A stretch of 64,000 nucleotides of DNA, taken from contig JAVECO010000117.1 in the NCBI GenBank assembly GCA_051942205.1, forward strand, positions 1 to 64,000. The letters run 5' to 3'. Numbering within the stretch: position 1 is the stretch's first letter; each line of letters starts with the position of its first letter. The notes below the pieces were generated by a model that did no database searches, had not been told where the DNA came from, and was given only the letters and a program-made list of their open reading frames with translations. Below, one piece after another: positions 62,161 through 64,000 of the stretch. The DNA is from Coniocarpon cinnabarinum (lineage: Eukaryota). A program made the translations under genes and the position numbers.

Positions 62161-63474
62161 ATGTGTCTACCGCTACCATTCCTGGGTGTATTTTCGCGAA
62201 AGGCGCTCAGACAGCGCCCCAACACCATGGTGACCAGATCTACCAGCATCATGAACTGCTCTCCACCGCGAGCAGACGAACGCTCGGAAGAACGACAGAA
62301 GACTAATAGAAAAATGGGGCTTACCAATTCTGCGCGCTTCTTGCGCTGCCAGAAGAATGTACAGAGTTCACTGGCATTTCGATTCATGGCCGTCGGCGAA
62401 ACAAGCTTTGACAGTCAGAAAGTTGGCGGAAAGACTCAGGTGCAAGAAGTGATGAACTCGACAGCGAAAGAAGCATGCCATGTCAGTCCCCACCCGACTC
62501 TGTTGAGCACTTTCAACGCAATTGGAATCTTCGCTACACCGTCGAAAATGGTGGTCGCAAAGGATGTACGTACTCGCCCTCGACCGCCGCGCTTTGGCAA
62601 GAAGAAGCCTAGAAGGAACATACCTAACCAGACCGCAGATATATACGAGCCTAGCCAGGCCCTTCGAACAGACTCGACAGATCTGCGTGTATTTGTACAA
62701 CCAGGTAAGGACGCCGAATTGATAAAGTATTACGAAGCGGGCGTCCTGACCTTAAAGGATATTGTCCATGAGCACCCACAATCGCATTGGGCGAAACACG
62801 GAGCGAACCCCTTTGAGTGGGAAGACGCTGAGCGTGTCAACCGCCATCTGGAAGAAATGGCAAGGATCCGTGGCAGAGAGTGGAAAGCATTGTATGGCGG
62901 GTATCGTGGAATGCTTGCCGAAGATCTCTTACGTGGCCTTGAGGATGACGAGAAAGAGGTTGTGCGAGCCACGGAGAACAACATTGGTTACTTTCGCCGA
63001 AATCAAGAACTCTGCTCCCGCATCAGCAGTTGGGCTGATGACATGGCTCAGCTACTGGTCGCTGACCGGGACGAGGTGTATGGTGCCGAGGAGGGCGGAG
63101 AGGTTGCCGGCGATGAGTTGATGCGGCGGAAAGCGCTGAGCTACGATGCTGCACTCGAGCACGACGATTTGTTACTAACTTGCGAAGGATCAACATACAT
63201 CAACAAGGCCATCTCTGCCGTGGAGATTTGGGGGAAGGAGGCTGAACCAGGATGTTCCGATCCTGATGATTACGATGATCAGGGATCTGGAGATGACCCA
63301 GTTGCGGCGCTCATCGAATCTTGCTCCAGCCTCAGATTGAATGACAATGAAGGATGCATGAAGCGATCAGGGTGGAAACAGAGCCCGGTAAAACGAACCA
63401 AGGGGTGGGATGATGAGCCATTCTTAACCATGCAGCGCGAGAATGGGGATGACGGGATTGACTGGTCAGCTTGA
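62161..63474 (+). CDS. Hypothetical protein (true start uncertain, possibly ATG 62548)
   Basis: 437-aa ORF with protein-like composition in its 3' two-thirds; no recognised domain. Confidence 0.5.
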   Translation: MCLPLPFLGVFSRKALRQRPNTMVTRSTSIMNCSPPRADERSEERQKTNRKMGLTNSARFLRCQKNVQSSLAFRFMAVGETSFDSQKVGGKTQVQEVMNSTAKEACHVSPHPTLLSTFNAIGIFATPSKMVVAKDVRTRPRPPRFGKKKPRRNIPNQTADIYEPSQALRTDSTDLRVFVQPGKDAELIKYYEAGVLTLKDIVHEHPQSHWAKHGANPFEWEDAERVNRHLEEMARIRGREWKALYGGYRGMLAEDLLRGLEDDEKEVVRATENNIGYFRRNQELCSRISSWADDMAQLLVADRDEVYGAEEGGEVAGDELMRRKALSYDAALEHDDLLLTCEGSTYINKAISAVEIWGKEAEPGCSDPDDYDDQGSGDDPVAALIESCSSLRLNDNEGCMKRSGWKQSPVKRTKGWDDEPFLTMQRENGDDGIDWSA

Positions 63475-64000
63475 AGCTTTTAGACGATTGGCTATTTCTG
63501 AGGCAGCAAAGCTTGCCGGAAATATATTCTCGCATATTGATACCCTCCAAAGGTCTGTTGTTAGCAACTTTCTCCTCCACGTTAGAATCAAGCATGGAAA
63601 CACAATTTCATAGATACCACTTGCGAGGTCTCAAAGGCACCATACTTATCACGACTCTGAAGGCAGAGTACGAAACTAAAATTTCTGCGATTGAGCCCAG
63701 ACGCCAAACGGATTGTGTTTGCACGTGACTTGACTTCGATCAAAAATGGTGTGACACCGCTGCACAAAAGAGCGTCCTGCATATGTCTCAGCCAGAAACG
63801 CTTTACCGTAGAAGTATACCTGATTTTCACTCAAAAGATCGAAATCAAAGCCTTCAGAGATTCTGTAATATATGCTGCGCCACGATTTCTGGTATCATAC
63901 CTTGCGTGTCACGTGGTATGGCCTCTGCGGACTTGGCACAACCCTTGCTCAAGCTCTCGAACTCCCACTCCAAGCGCAAGAGTACAATCTTATGAACTTG

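Overview
Eukaryotic DNA from a filamentous ascomycete (Pezizomycotina-type short GT-AG introns with CTRAC branch points; transition-riddled AT-rich repeats consistent with RIP). About 20 protein genes are supportable, including mitochondrial Ile-tRNA synthetase, a PTH11-like membrane protein, kinesin-5/BimC, a questin-oxidase/AflY-like enzyme, a small secreted Cys-rich protein, GPI14, an RPEL protein, alpha-amylase, APC11, a PIN protein, TRAX, a Djp1-like J-protein, eIF4E, DNA polymerase kappa and several hypothetical proteins. There are also two tRNA-Gln genes and two non-autonomous DNA transposons (hAT-type with 8-bp TSD; TA-flanked foldback MITE). Top observation: the tRNA-Gln(CTG) gene at 29361-29497 (-) has a normal anticodon intron plus a second, 55-nt insertion with spliceosomal signals (GTGAGT...GTTAAT...AAG) at the T-stem/acceptor-stem junction; removing it restores a perfect cloverleaf. 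Second: a ~166-bp, end-symmetric intergenic element occurs at least 14 times, as solo copies, head-to-tail arrays and an inverted pair. All exon boundaries and alignments were read by eye and need computational confirmation.
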